Both the position numbers and the translations under genes were made by a program. A stretch of DNA of 63,770 nt, the filler included, from Octopus bimaculoides (taxonomy: Eukaryota), in NCBI RefSeq assembly GCF_001194135.2. It is 10 parts of 9 records of this genome, joined end to end, with 100 filler letters (N's around TTAATTAATTAA, not from the genome) between each part and the next. Parts side by side here need not be neighbours in the genome. Positions count along the whole stretch, not along the records: positions 1 to 29,399 come from NC_068994.1; 9 more parts are not named here. One strand, written 5' to 3'. The notes beneath the pieces were generated by a model, which made no database searches, had not been told where the DNA came from, and worked only from the letters and a program-made list of their open reading frames with translations. Shown here one piece after another: positions 1 to 14,104 of this stretch; position 1 is the stretch's first letter; each line of letters starts with the position of its first letter.

Positions 1-30
1 ATATATATATATATATATATATACATACGT

Positions 31-185
31 CGGGTTTCTTTCAGTTTCCGTCTACCAAATCCACTCACAAGGCTTTGGTCAGCCCGAGGCTATAGTAGAA
101 GACACTTGCCCAAGGTGTCACGCAGTGGGACTGAACCCGGAACCATGTGGTTGTTAAGCAAGCCACTTACCACACAGCTACTCCT
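31..185 (-). mobile_element. SINE family B (tRNA-like head, ccttgggcaagtgtcttctactatagc core)
   Basis: Reverse complement has gctgtgtggtaag (A-box-like) and ggttcagtccc (B-box-like); further copies at about 26450-26570, 40883-41052, 41127-41299, 47905-47980. Confidence 0.8.
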
Positions 186-1313
186 ATTCTCTTATTCGTT
201 TCAGTCATTTGACTGCGGCCATGCTAGAGCAACGCATAAATACATACATACATAAATGCATAAATACATACTTACATATAGATATGTGTGTGTGCGTGTG
301 TATACATATATACGAGAGGCTTCTTTCAGTTTCCGTCTACCAAATCCAGTAATTTTGGCTTACAACTGTTTTCAGTAATAATTATAAAAACCAGTATAAA
401 TGGATCGCAATAATGGATTTACAATATAGAACGGTGATGAACTGTAACCTCGGACTCTGTCACAAGAATACGTGGAGTTCTTTACTAATCTAAACAGAAT
501 TGTTAGCCTGGTGTACTAACAGAGAGCTTATGGTGTATTTTGCCTGGATTGATAATCCCTTATTACTACACACACACACGTGCGTACGTACGTATTTATG
601 TATGAATGTATGTATGTATGTATGTATGTATATACACATATATGTGTATATATGTATGTATATATGTATCTATATGTATGTATGTGTGTCTGTTTATTTG
701 TATGTGTTGGTGCGCGCACTCTAGTGTGTGGGTGTCTTTGTATCAGTGTTTGGGATCTAGTTTTTTTCTTTCGCAAAGTACACTTTTTGTAGAGGACAGT
801 AAAAAATCTGAAAATTGACTATAATAATGTAGCATTCCAGTCTCATTGCTTTGAAGGTTTGATGTTGTGGAGAAAGAAATCGGAGAAAAAAGTTACAGAG
901 GTTTAAAAGTCGAAAAAGAAATTGGGAACTTTTAGTCAATAGCAAGACAGAAATTTTCTGCGTTTAGCGGAGCGGTGTCAACTTTAAGGTTGTACCCTGT
1001 GAAATGTAGCACCTGACCTGTTCATTGTAGGTTTGTAAATAAACAGAAATACCTAGTTTCAATGACGCTTGGTAAATAAACAGAAATATCTAATAAAATC
1101 GACATGTATCATCTGAATCTAGTCTTTCTCATTGATTGATTGATTTTTTTTTGATTTTTTAAAATTTGTTATATTAATATATTTGTCTGTATGTGTTTAC
1201 TTTATGGGTATTTCAGTATTATGTATACTTGCTATATATTTATGTACACGATTAATATATAAGTGTGTGCGTGTGTGTGTGTGTGTGTATTAGTGTGAAA
1301 AGGGGGCGTCCCA

Positions 1314-1351
<38 letters not shown>

Positions 1352-3733
1352 AAAGGTGTCTAAAGTTGAGTAACGTTTTCATGTTTCGAGTTGTAAACTA
1401 CGATAAGAATAAATACAGAAAAAGCATAGAAAAATACTAAACACACAGAAGCACAGAAAAATATGTAATATACTAACACAGAAACACGCGGGTAAAAAGA
1501 ATCTCGTTTTGTGAAGGATCAATTCTAAAAAATCAACATCGAACATCGTGCGTCACAGACAACAGTGAAGTGAACCAGACGACAATGAAACAATAGTGAA
1601 GTGAACCGCAACACAGTATCCTGTTTTCATGGTAACAAGCTGCTAATGCCACGCTGTCTATTGACTAAAATTACCCAAATTTCCCAACTTTAATTCCAAA
1701 TAACACCAGATACTTTAATTTACGAGATAAAGTAATTGGTTGATCGTAATCAAAATTCAGGGTTGTATCGATACACCAAAAATGAAAGCAATCTGAGCAA
1801 AATTAAGTGGGACTGATTTTGCGAATGAGAAAGACTTGATCAAGTGTTTGTCCCCACTGCCAACACCGCTTGATAAATGGTGTACGTGTGTTTATGTTCT
1901 CGCAACTTAGTGGTTAGCAAAAGAGATATTTTTGCTGGTATGCAACGGCGATGCACACATAAGATTAACACTAGCGCTGCTTTGAATTTAATTTCACGTG
2001 TGTATTGTCGTGGCATACCAGCATATAGTTCATGCACTATTTATGTATTATCATAAACTGGCGATTCGATTCGACTCGGTCGATTCAAGTACATGATGTT
2101 GATAAGCCACAAAAATGACGAAATACCATTCCTGAATTCGATGGGAGGCGAGTTGTCTCGCTTGTGTATGACTTTCAAGTGTTTTAACACCTAGCGTTAT
2201 GAGAGAGTCGTCCCCCAGGTGCTATACCGCAGCGAACCAGCGAACAAACAGAACACATACATTGAATATGTGCGGTCGATAGTGTTTATATATTTATAAT
2301 GTCAACGTCACCTTGGTTTTAATATAGAAATATAGAATTAATCATGCTAGCTAGATTATATGATTAGCTTAATCATTATTGATACAATCTTAGAAAAATA
2401 TGCGTTACAGTGAGTTAAGCCTCAGAGATAAACTTTGAGAGCACATCAGTAGAGAATATTGCTACGCAACAAACAAATCGATAATACTTCTTATAAAGGT
2501 ATGTTATCAATAAAAATTCTTACATTTTTAATACTAAGATAATACTGGATATATAAAACAATCTCATATTTTTAGGAAAATATTTACATAAAAGCTACTT
2601 TATATTCACAACTTATTTTTATGGGTCAAAACAATTTGAAGCTTGTCCAGCCGCGATTAAAGTCCTTCACATAGTTTTATTTCGTACAAGTATATCACTT
2701 TTTGTTCAGCAATCACCATTTATCTTCTACAATGATTCTATTCACATTCAGGATCCATTATTGTAAAAGGCATTGACCTCCAATAAATGACTCCTACTTT
2801 ATCTCATCGACTTTAGTTCACTTTTCATCGAAAGATGAAAGGTCGGAATATCCCCACAACAGGGAATACCCCAAATTATTCATGTAGCTCCATGTGCATT
2901 GAAATGAAATTACTACTGAGGTCAACTTTGCCTTCTACCTTTTCAGGGTCGATAAATGAACTACCAGTATTGAGGTCGATTCCACTTTGTCCACCCCCTC
3001 TCTGTTTGTCTCTATGTCTCTCTGTCTCTCTCTCTCTCCCTCGCTCGCTCTTGCTTCCTTCTGCCTTTCTATCTTTCTGTCTCTTTATCATGAAGTAATT
3101 GGCAGAAGTCTAAAAATACTCTGGATATACCATATATCAAGTCTTCACCTCTACACCTCCGCTGTTGAGGCTCGAAGGCAAAGTAATTTTACTCATTACC
3201 ACTCAGTATTTTACAAGTCAGTAAAATAGCTTAACGTGGTAACCTCTCTCGAAAAAGCATCCGAATCTCCCCTGACAAATTGGATAATGCTTTCAACATG
3301 CCTTTAATCAGACAGGATAGTCATGGCTGGAGTGTCGTTTATCACAGATCTACTCAATCAATGTTGGCTTAATGCTAAACAACAGCTAACCAACCCGACG
3401 TTTACCTATATTTCTTCATAATGTTGTGGCGATACTTCTTCAGCATATCGATTATGACAAGAACAAAGGAAATTATAAACTGACTACATTATCTTGTCTG
3501 AAGATAGAATTACTAGAATCCCCCAGAAGTCCCTGAAAATAAGTAAATGCAATGAACTTCCATTCTAACACTCACTTTCACTTCAAGAGAGCTTCGTCTT
3601 TAATTTTTCATATAATAGTTAAACACGCAAAGATAATACTGTGATGGTAACAGTTGTGAAAATATCAAAATTCATTAGTCTTCTTCCTACCAGTAAAAGT
3701 GGTAGTAGTCGTAGTTAAAGCAGCAGCAGCGGC

Positions 3734-3787
<54 letters not shown>

Positions 3788-4240
3788 CGCCGTCGTCGTC
3801 GTAGTAGTAGTAGTGGTGGTGGTGGTGATGATGGTGGGGTGATGCTGGTTCATTGCAGAGAGTAGCAAACCAGAAGTGCTAATTGAGTCTTTCAGAGGTG
3901 TTGAAAGAATAGTAGAGGTTGTGGGGTGTTAATAGCATTAATAAGATCGGTGCATTATTAGAGAGTGAGATGTTTATCTTAAAATATTTGTGGCTGTAAA
4001 AGTAGCTGTCATGATATATATTGTCAAAAGAAAAGAAAAGAAAAATATTCTCGGCAGCAATTTAAATCAATAGTAACAGTTACATAGTCAATACATTGTA
4101 CTATTATTTTCTTCAACAGATACTACTTGTAATAAGGCGATTCTCTAAAGCTGCCCGTCCATTTGTACACTTAACTTGTCTTTCTCTCTCTCTCTCGCGC
4201 TCTCTTTCTCCCTCCCTCCCTCTCTCTCTCTCTCTTTCAC

Positions 4241-4282
<42 letters not shown>

Positions 4283-4923
4283 CCTCTGTCTACCTACCTA
4301 AAAATATCCAAGTCTCGTTATCTATTATCTCTAACATTTTACTTCTTTCTACTAGTTTTAGATTTTTAAACAATTGTTCCACACACATACACATAGCAAT
4401 CAAACGAACCTCTTCGTGGTCTCTCAACCAGTTAGTCTTTAAAAATTAAGAAAACATTGGTATATGTCGAAAAAAAGGGATAGACGTGGATGTTTGCTGT
4501 ATCAAGACTAATCTAGAACGAAACAGAAACAAATACATGTCTACGCATTTATTTGCAAGCAGATATGCCTTTGAGTGCGTTGTGAAACGATACAAACTTA
4601 GCCCTATCTTCAAGTCAACTAGGGCAATTCCTGCTTATTAATCATAAAAAGAACAAAAGACAAAGGCAACCCAAATTCAGATTAAATGACTTGAGAGTGC
4701 TTCATAATTAAAACTGCTAGTGAATATATTAACACTTTAAATAATGCATATTTTAATCGAAGGGATGAGAATTAATCTCATGATGGTTGAAATTCTATAA
4801 TATCGTAGATCTTGGAAGTTCCTCTCTCTCTCTCTCTCTCTCTGATTTAAGGTAGTAGTATACTTGAAGGGAATGATGATCCTTTCTACTATAAGCACAA
4901 AGCCTGAAATTTTAGTAGAGGGT

Positions 4924-5328
4924 GCAAGTCGATTACATCGACTCCAGTGCTCCACGGGTACTTATTTTATCGTCCCCAAAAGGATAACAGACTGTGCTGA
5001 CCTTAGTGGGATTTGAGCTCATAACGTAAAGACCCAGAATAAATGCCTCTACGCACTTTCTCTGACGAACTAGCGATTTCGCCAGCTCGGCGTTTTCTTA
5101 ATTATGATAGTTATTTCTAATTTAGGTACAAGGTCGCAGTTTTGAATGGAGTAGGGCAAGTCATTTACATCAACCCCAGTACTTGATTGGTAACGTATTT
5201 CATTAAACTCGAAAGGATGTAAGGCAAAGTCGATCTTGATGGAATTTGAATATAGAACATAAGGAGCCGAACGAAATACCGAAAAGCATTTTCTATGAGC
5301 TGCTAATGATTCTGCCAGTTGTACGCCT
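4924..5328 (-). mobile_element. Two degraded family A SINEs (other copies at about 2918-2982, 10285-10445, 10699-10860, 30345-30540, 32583-32760, 48442-48570, 51921-52043)
   Basis: Shared core gaaaggatgaaaggcaaagtcgac and gaatttgaactcag motifs. Confidence 0.7.
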
Positions 5329-5856
5329 TAATAAGTTATGATAATTTTCTAATTTTGACTCACAGCCAGCAACTTTTAGAGTAAGGGGAAGTCTAATACA
5401 TGGACTCCATACTTTATACTATTAACCCCAAAATCATGAAATTCTTGTTAGAATTTGAAATCAGAAAGGAAAGAGCCGAAGAATTGACGATGCGTATTTT
5501 GTCCGACGTTCTAACTATTTTGCCAATCCAAGAATAAATTCACTGTGAAAAGAACTACTGCCGTTGTCAAATCAATACCGTTTCGAAATATGTGAGCTAA
5601 TAATTGATTGGTAACTCTTTTATAGTTTCTTCATACGTATACCTAATTGAAGACCACTTATACATATCCCCGATTGACAGCTAATCAATATATATGTTCC
5701 TCCGCAGCTTCTATTTTGGAAGCGCACAATGTCATACGGTGAATAAACTGAATCTGTAGCTCAGTTTCCATCAGTATTTAGAACTTTCTTTACTTCCTGT
5801 ATTACTATATTTGTGGTAGGCACACACTAAACATAGCTTTATAAAATTTTTAACTT

Positions 5857-6130
5857 TATTAATATTATTATCATTATTATTTTATCTTTATCATAGGTTT
5901 TGCTGGAGCTCCTGGAGTCTTGCATGCTTATTACCTGCAGCACACGGTATCATACTATTCGTTCTTTTCAGCTATTAAATACTTTCCTGATTATTTTGGC
6001 CGTGCCAAGACGGCAAAACTTTTGTAATAGTTTTACCGGGCACCCTATTCCAATTTCCTTTATATTCTTCTTGATGTCCTCTGATACTGTTCTCAAGGAC
6101 CCAACAATAATTGGCACTATCTTCACCTTT
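5857..6130 (-). mobile_element. 5'-truncated R4/Dong-type (REL endonuclease) LINE 3' end
   Basis: Minus frame KVKIVPIIVGSLRTVSEDIKKNIKEIGIGCPVKLLQKFCRLGTAKIIRKVFNS*, the typical C-terminus of REL LINEs; (ATT)n-like runs on both sides. Confidence 0.8.
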
Positions 6131-6187
6131 ATTATTATTATTATATTTACTGCTGAACACGACATACGTAGTAGCAACAGCAACGCA

Positions 6188-6310
6188 ATGGATTTTCGCA
6201 GAGAAAATAATACTACAATTGAAGGTGGAGACGTAGGTGAAGAGAGTGGCAACGGTGGAAGTGGCCACGACTCCACTACCGTCACCACCAACAGTAACTG
6301 CAGCAGCAGA

Positions 6311-6341
<31 letters not shown>

Positions 6342-7165
6342 ACAGCAAAGGCAGCAGCAACAACAACAACAACAACGACGATGACATCAACGTCGATGAC
6401 ATCAACAGCAAAAACAATAACAAAAACAGGAGGTTTGCTGATGTAGTAAGCACAAAGAAAGAAATGTTTACGATCTCCCTCGAGGACAAAATTCGAGAAC
6501 TTTGAAAAGCAAAAGACATTATCAAAATTTTCGGGGTAAAGCATCAGTTCTAGTACCTCCCGAAATAATAGAGGCCAAAGAAAGAAAGACAGTGTATTTT
6601 AAATGCGTATCACGGAAAAGTAAGAGATCCGAAATAGCTTCCATCAGTCACGCCGAGAAGGCCCTCAGCGAAATTTTAATAGAAGTAGCCCACATACAGA
6701 CAGGGAATCAGTTTGCCAGCACTGAGGTTCCCTGCGTGTCGTCGTGGAAGGTAGGAAGCCCAGATGTGACACATGTAGTGCACAAGCCACCTGAGAGCTT
6801 TCTGTGCTCAAACGTTGGGAGGTACGCGGCCACGCCTGCAGCCACTAGCACACCCCTAACAACAGATACCTCTTAATAACACTGCAGCCTCACCTCCAAC
6901 AACAACAACAACAACAACAACAGAGATACGTGCACCTCATACAATGAGGAAAACCACCTAGGGTATCTGTCAAACCAGCCCTTTCATTCCCTCTCTCAAG
7001 CATACACTCACACAAGCACGCTCACACTACCACAGATACACTCACACTCCCCGAGACAGACCATACAGACACTAGCCACGACTCATCCCGTAGTGAAGAT
7101 GACGAAGAACCCCACAAAGTAAAGAAAAAATCTAAAAACAGGCACAGGAACCAAAACAAAAGAAC
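6188..7165 (+). pseudogene. ORF1 (gag-like) relic of Tx1/L1-clade LINE, copy 1
   Basis: S/N-rich N-terminus ending RRFADVVS, then KTVYFKCVSRK...AEKALSEILIE, then VVVEGRKPR-CDTCSAQ-(1-bp frameshift)-HLRAFC, a C-x2-C-x4-H-x4-C knuckle at 6765-6805, then a T/H-rich and basic tail. Lies directly upstream of ORF2. Confidence 0.7.
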
Positions 7166-7429
7166 TTACATCAATAACCGAAAACACAGAAACATCCTGT
7201 ACATCGAACATAGACATAGCATAAACAAGACCAGCATCACCATCCCCACAACCACCACCACACCACCCAAATCCACCAATGCACTCACAACCACATGTCG
7301 CCTACAAAAGAAAGCACACAGTCACCAGCACGGAAGCTCTAAATTATATGCTTGCGAGGAGAGCCAACAGCTCCAGGAGTGTAAGCAACCCCGCTTTTTC
7401 TTTCTTTTCCTCAACCTTTTCAAGATGTC

Positions 7430-10283
7430 ATGGCGATTGTCAGAGTGGAATGCATAAATGTTCGCGGCCTGAGGTTACCCTTGAAGCAAGATCGCTTGCT
7501 AAATGACCTCAGGTTGCTAGGTTTGGATGTGACAGCAGCCATTGAGCCTAGGATTTCCGATACACGCGATCTTGCATCCATTTTCGACGATTATGAGACC
7601 TACGTATCTCTAAGTCAGCCCGGAATGGGAGGTGGGGTGGCAGTGTTGTTTAGGAAAGACCTGAATCTCAAAGTTCGGATGATCTTCCTGGACATGGTGG
7701 GTAATTTGGTGATCCTGAACGTGAATGACAGTGAAAGTTGCGCCTTTAGACTAGTCGCTGTTTATGCCCCCACGAGGGCGGAGCAGCCAGATTTCTTCAG
7801 ACGTTTGGAGGTTTTCCTTGGGACGTCACGCTCTATAATGTTAGTTGATGACTGGGTCGCCATCTTGGATGCACGCCTGGATAGGGTGAAGCTAGCTGAT
7901 AGGAGAGGGGGGAGTAAAAACCTCACAAAGCCGCTCAGCCGTTTCCAGTCGGCTGACAGGTACCGACTGGATTTCTAGAATGCACCTATGTGGACATGGG
8001 CGAACCGCATCGGGTCTTCAAGATCTATCTAAATAGAGTATTTTCTAGGCTTGTAGACAGAAGTAGTATAAGTTATTCACGTTTCAATGTCATCAGCTAC
8101 ACGGACCATAAATTAATGATCTGTTCAATCGACATAGACAGGGACTGGATACTGGAAGCTGAAAGCGTCCATCCCGGCACGCCAAGCTTTCAGAGACCGG
8201 GTTATCATGTTAGTCTATCGAGAGTTGGCGGGAGCAATCGCTGTTGGATAACTCTTTTCAGGACTATTAGAGTAGAGGCGGAAGGTTTTTGTAAGGAAAT
8301 AGCGTTTGAGAATCTAGGATAGAGGGACCCCTAATTAGGAAGCTAGAAGAGGCGCTTAGGCAAGGCATAGCGACCGACGTGCTGGCGGCAAGATTGGCTC
8401 TTGATTAATTCTTCAATGCCAAGCACGAAGGTTGTGTTGTCAGAACTAGGATGCGTGCTTTGAGATGGGAGGGAACGAAAGCCGTTCGATGGGCCCTGGT
8501 GGCAAAGGCGCTTCGTGGAGGCAAGCTGTAATGGGCGCACGATAACCGAGTCCGAGCATATGTGTGCAGAATTTTAGCAGTACTTCACCGTATTATATGA
8601 GGCACGCAGTGGTTCTGGGATGGTGGTAAATTTCACCTCTTATTTCAATGGCATGCTTCGCCTCTCAGCTAGGGATGCGGAATTCTGCGAAATGCCGATG
8701 ACAGCCGAAGATATACAGTACGGGATGAAGGCATGCACAAGAGAGAAGTCTTCAGGGTGGGATGGTGTGCACTTTGAGCTTTCTTTTCATATACCAGACT
8801 TGTTGGGTGGTTTCTTGGCAGACGTCTACCAGAACTGACAGCAGAACGGGAGAATTCCCAGTGATGTGAGCCGTGGAGTGGTGGTGCTGTTGAGGAAAGA
8901 CCCGAACAAGGGGGGACAAAATTCATCCTTTCGGGCATATAACTCTGCCGAATGCATATTGTAAGATTTTGACCATAGAGTTAGCCAAGAGGTTGGCGCT
9001 TGTCGTCGATAAGTTGGTTGGTGACGCGCAGGCACGCGCAGGCACGCGCTGTCCCCATACAGAACTATTCACGACATATTCCACCTCACGCGCTATATCA
9101 TAGAGAAACCGGCCACTGCGAGCAATCGGAATCATTTAGCATCGCTCGTTCGGTCCGTCAAGGATGCCCACTCCCTCCTCTGCTGTACGTGCTGGTTCTC
9201 GAGTTGGATATTTCGAGGGGCATCCCGCGTGATCTAGAATGCGGAAGGTTCATGTCGGCTTATGCGGACGACGTCACCGTAATAGTGTCGGCCAGCTCGG
9301 AAATCGATGTGATCGGCACTAACTTAAGGAAGTACGAAGTGGTGACAGGAACAAAGATTAACCAGGGCAAGTGCGTAGGCTTACAGCTCGACACCTGGAG
9401 AGGCAGGTCCATGCCAACTGACAGTGTTGTAGGGCACTGGACGGAAGGACCGGTTAAATTGCTTGGGGTCTAGTTTGGTCCAGACTCTTGTGGAGAAGAA
9501 CTGGGGGGAGGTGACGAGCAGGGTAGCCAATTTCACCCAGAAATGGGCACAGAGGAAGCTGCCCCTGAAGGGTCAGGCGGAGTTGGCGAATGTGTACATC
9601 GCTTCTGGTATCTACTACTGCCTGTCCGTTGTCCCTTGCCTAGCTTCACGGTTGATTAAGCTGAAGCACTTGCTCTTCCACTTTCTGAGGAAGGGACGTA
9701 TTCCATTCGTCAGACAGTTCATCTGCTGTCAACAGCCGCTGAGTAGAGGACTAGGCATGTTGTGGCTAATGATGCGCAGACAGGCGCTGAGGCTGCGATA
9801 TCTCCAACGTTTTCTCAATGTGAGCAAATGTAGTCGCCATTTGTCACACAGGATTTTACGCAGCTCATTTCATTGACAGAGCTTCAGTGCTGGGTCAAGC
9901 GCAGATTAAGGAAGGGCGCTTGGCATCTGGAGTGTCGGCAAGGGCTCACAACTTTCCGATCGTCGGGCAACGCGATCGGTAGAAGTTCCACTATGGAGTT
10001 TTATAGGGGATTAATGGCAGGCAAGAGCGATGACGTTCTCGGGTAAAATCAGGGTGGCAGATGGGATCAACTAACTGGCCTTTCCGGAGGACTTGCGGGC
10101 TGGGGACCATAACTTCCAGAAATCCTTGGCTTGGTAGTGCTACCGGGGACCTCTGACGGTTTGAGACAAGCTCTACAGACACGGAATTGCTGTCAGATGG
10201 ATCTGTCCGAGGTGTGCACAGGGCAACGAAACCGTCCTACATGCACTCGTCCAGTGTCTGTGTATTACTGACTTGTGGTTCTT
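7430..10283 (+). mobile_element. Tx1/L1-clade LINE ORF2 (APE endonuclease + RT + C-terminal Cys motif), disrupted
   Basis: Motifs across frames: INVRGLR, GGGVAVLF, LVAVYAP, YTDHK, KSSGWDG, SVRQGCPLPPLLYVLVLE, AYADDVTV, KINQGKC, VKLLGV, CPRCAQGNETVLHALVQC. Many stops and frameshifts; ends at a SINE at about 10285. Confidence 0.93.
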
Positions 10284-12849
10284 CGCTCGCAGAATCGTTA
10301 GCACGCCGAACAAATTGCTAAGCAGCATTTTTGTCTGCCTTTACATTCTGAGTTGAAATTCCGTTGAGACCGACTTTGCTTTTCGTTCTTTCGGGGTTGA
10401 TAAAATAAGTAACAATTGAGCATTGGGGGTCGATTCAATCCACCTAGTTTGAAACCATTATTTTTATTGTTATCCTTATGCCTATAGAAGATAGGATTAT
10501 TATTACTATTTCTATTTCACTCGTCAGAGCCCTCGATTTCACTTGCTCCGGATAATTCTGAGACCCTGTAAAACCCTCGACAACAGGTTCGCTTTTCATC
10601 CCTTCGGGATTAGTAAAATAAGTGACAGTTCAGCACCAGGATGCCCTAAAGTTGCTGGCCTTGCACTGACATTTAAATCTATTAAAAACAGCTAATTCAG
10701 AATCGTTGGCATGCTGGTTAGTGTCATCTAGTCCGTCTTTACGTTCTCAGTTCAAATTCCACTTACTTTGCCTTTCATCCTTTCGTAGTCGATAAATTAA
10801 GTACCGATGTCGATGTAATTGACACATCCCCTCCCCCGAAATGGCTGCCCTTGTGGCATAATTTCAAGCCATTATTATTATTATTATCGTTACTTATCTG
10901 CCTTATTTCATAAAATGAAAGGATACAGTTTCTCATCTCCAAAGATAATGGCTTTTCATACCTCGTCCTGAATCTGTCTATCACTCTTGTCTCAAATATT
11001 TCAAGTGATAGTAAAAGCTCTAAGAGTGGAGACACTATTCTTCTTTAGCAATCTTTATTGGTGCAAGGTTTATTTAGAAACGTGCTTCCCTTTGTCGTAT
11101 ACTTGTGTTTTCAGGCTCTTAAGAACCTCAGTGAAAAATGCATTATTGTGATTCACAGATGATCCTTCAGTAGTGACTAGATTGAGAATCTTCTAAGAAT
11201 TATTACCAGCTTACGAATCCTATTCACTTCAACTCTGGTTTGTGAATGAAAAATATTTATTTTAGAAAAACCTTGAGATTTTATTCCACCCCACTTTTTT
11301 TTTTAATTATTCCATCGTCCATATAGATTTATTTTAAATTCTACTTTATGTTTTAGCGATTCTGATATCTCAGCCGAGTTTGTTTTATACCAACAATCTT
11401 AATTCACCTAATATACTAATATTCTTCATATGTTAATCTAAAGCATAGTATATAGCAAATATATAATTGAATAATTTTCCTTACAACGGCATTTTGATAT
11501 ATTTTCAGAGTAAATATGTCTCGCAACTGGATATGTGATATCCATTGCAACAAAAAATGTTTTTTTCCACTAGACTATGGACAAAAACTTATTTAATGCT
11601 TGGTAAGTTAGCAAAATAATAATTAGCTGATGGCTACTTTCAGCAAGTATTAATAACATGTTTCGCTCTGGAGTTTGTCAGCGAAATTCTAGCCTTGTCG
11701 TAAATTGTTGAAAATATGAATGATCGAACTACCAAAAGTATTTTTGAGGTATTATGTTAGCAAGGTGTATTATATAGTGATAACTGGTAATCTGTACTCA
11801 TAATAACAATGCTTTATTATTTTCTGAAATATGACCCTAAAATTTATCTGCACGAAATCTACCTTTGTATCTATAAAATGTTGCAGCTAGCTTATGGTAT
11901 TGATTGAGATTTTAACAAAGTTTGCTTTCAGCAAATTCATTCATCTGAGGCTTCCATTATTTTGATATAAATCACAAAGTAGAATTAATGAATAACTGAA
12001 TATTTCTTTCATATGTCAAATGACGTTGAAAATAAACTTAGACTCGTTGAATATTAAGATGAAGTATGTGAATAAAGTGCAACCGTATTTCCTACATTTC
12101 TTAGACTGAAAATCATTTGATAAATACGTTTCTATGAATCAAAATAAGATATTTATTAGAATACATATTGAAATGGAGATATATTGTGCTTGAAAAATCT
12201 TTAGTGTCACATGATTAGAAAATATCACAGATGAATGGTTTCTAATCCATATGATCGAATATAAGCATAGAATGTTAAGTATATTTAACAAAGTTTATGA
12301 ACAAACGCAAATGGATTTTGTGCATGAATTGATCGTGTACAAATTTAATGATATAGATATATATACACAGAATATGATCACTATTACTTTCTTTTGCTTT
12401 TTCTTACTTCCCCGTTTAGCAATGTTATCGTTCTCCTAAATACAAAGTAACATTTACATACTCTCTCGCATACATGTTTATCAGATTCACATATTTTAAA
12501 ACATGAATTAAAGTAGATTTCAGTTGCAATGCCTTGCTAGTTATTTAATACTTATAAAATTAACGAACTTAACAAAAAACAGCTGATATAATGAAACTAC
12601 CTCATTTAAGCAAAAGAAAAACGTACTTTAGATTTTATTCAAGATTCAATTGTTATGACGAGAAGAATCAATAAATCCTTAATAATCATAGGCCGACATA
12701 CATATTTTCAAGAAAATATCTGTCAATTCCAATTTGATGATTGATGATTCGAAAATATCTTTAGAAATAACTATGAAATATAAACTTATAGAGATACGAT
12801 TATGAATTATGTTATTTAAAAGAAATATGTGACAATGTACAGAATAGTA

Positions 12850-14104
12850 TCAGGCTGAGTAAAAAGTAAGCAACGTTTTGGAACATGTTATACATCACAA
12901 TATATTTCAACAATGCGAAAATTCTATTCATGAAAGAAAGTACCATTACAATTAACACATATTAGCCAACAAGTTACCAGTTTGTTTATTCCGGTAACAT
13001 AAAAATCTGGAGTTCTGGGAGCTGATGAACTCTTTGAACGCGCTTTCAGCATCGGTTTGATGTTTGAACTTTTCTCGCAGGAAACCATCAAGGTGCTTGA
13101 AAAAGTAGTAGTCTGTAGGAGAAAGGTCTGGGTATTAAGCTGGATGGAGAAGAACTTTGTAGTCAAGTTCCCTCAACTTCTGGAGCGTCATTAGTGAAAC
13201 GTGTGGGCGAGCATTGTCATGATGAATGATTGGCCATCTTCTGTTGACCAATCTGGGACAGAAGAGTAACAGTTTTTCGTTCATTTTGGTAATTTCATGG
13301 CAATATGTTTCTGCAGTAATGGGTTTTCCGCATTTTAAGAAGTTATAGTGATGTATCCTGCACTGCACCACCAAGCAGTCATCATAACCTTCTTTTTGAA
13401 GCTCGGGTTACGGGAAGGTTTTCGGTGCTTCATTTTGGTCCAACCACTGCGAAGAACGGATTTCATTATTGTATAAAATCCACTTTTCATCGCAAGCTAC
13501 AATACGATCGGGAGATATACCGGTCTGGTTACGGAGAAGAAGCCACGCGCAAATTTCATATCTGCGCATTTTCTGATTTTCATTCAAATCGTATAGTACC
13601 GATTTGTCGAGCTTTTTTCATTTTCCGGTTTCAGGCAGTTTTCTGGCTAGCTTGAAGTTCTGCCAGTTCTCGATTTGTTTTACGTGGATTTTTATCAATG
13701 ACTGTCTTCAATTGACCGTCATCGATGACAGATGGGCGTCCACTACGCTCAAGATCTTCAAGGCTCAGTTCTCTGCGAAATCGTTTAAACCATTTTCGAG
13801 CTGATCACTCACTGGTCATTTCCTCACCTAACGTTTCGTTGATATTGCGAGCAGTTTCAGCTGCTTTACGTCCTTTTTTTGAAGTTGAATTGCAAAATTG
13901 CTCAAATATCGGGCTTTGACAGTTCCATTTCAGATTATTCTAACAGTGAAAAAAATATCAATGTCAGTGTATTGATGCATTTGGGCAAGTCTGTGTCTGT
14001 ATTATCAGACAATTGCAAAAAAATATTTAAAAAAATTAAAAACTGCAAAATCCGGTACAAATTCTTCGTGGTTCAAAACGTTGCTTACTTTTTACTCAAC
14101 CTGA
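12850..14104 (-). mobile_element. Full-length inactive mariner transposon (DD34D, Hsmar1/cecropia-like)
   Basis: About 34-bp TIRs (tcaggctgagtaaaaagtaagcaacgtttt.. / ..aaaacgttgcttactttttactcaacctga), TA on both flanks, 1255 bp. Broken transposase 13928-12924 with IVACDEKWILY, HHDNARPH, PDLSPTDYYFF and a FYVTGINKLV..W..CVNCNG C-terminus. Confidence 0.95.

Noticed and set aside
5590-5760. Hint of an RTE fragment (KIEAAE on the minus strand)
   Set aside because: A single short motif is not enough.
5968-6544. Overlapping 185-201-aa ORFs as a host gene
   Set aside because: Explained by the R4/Dong 3' end plus the trinucleotide-rich Tx1 ORF1 start.
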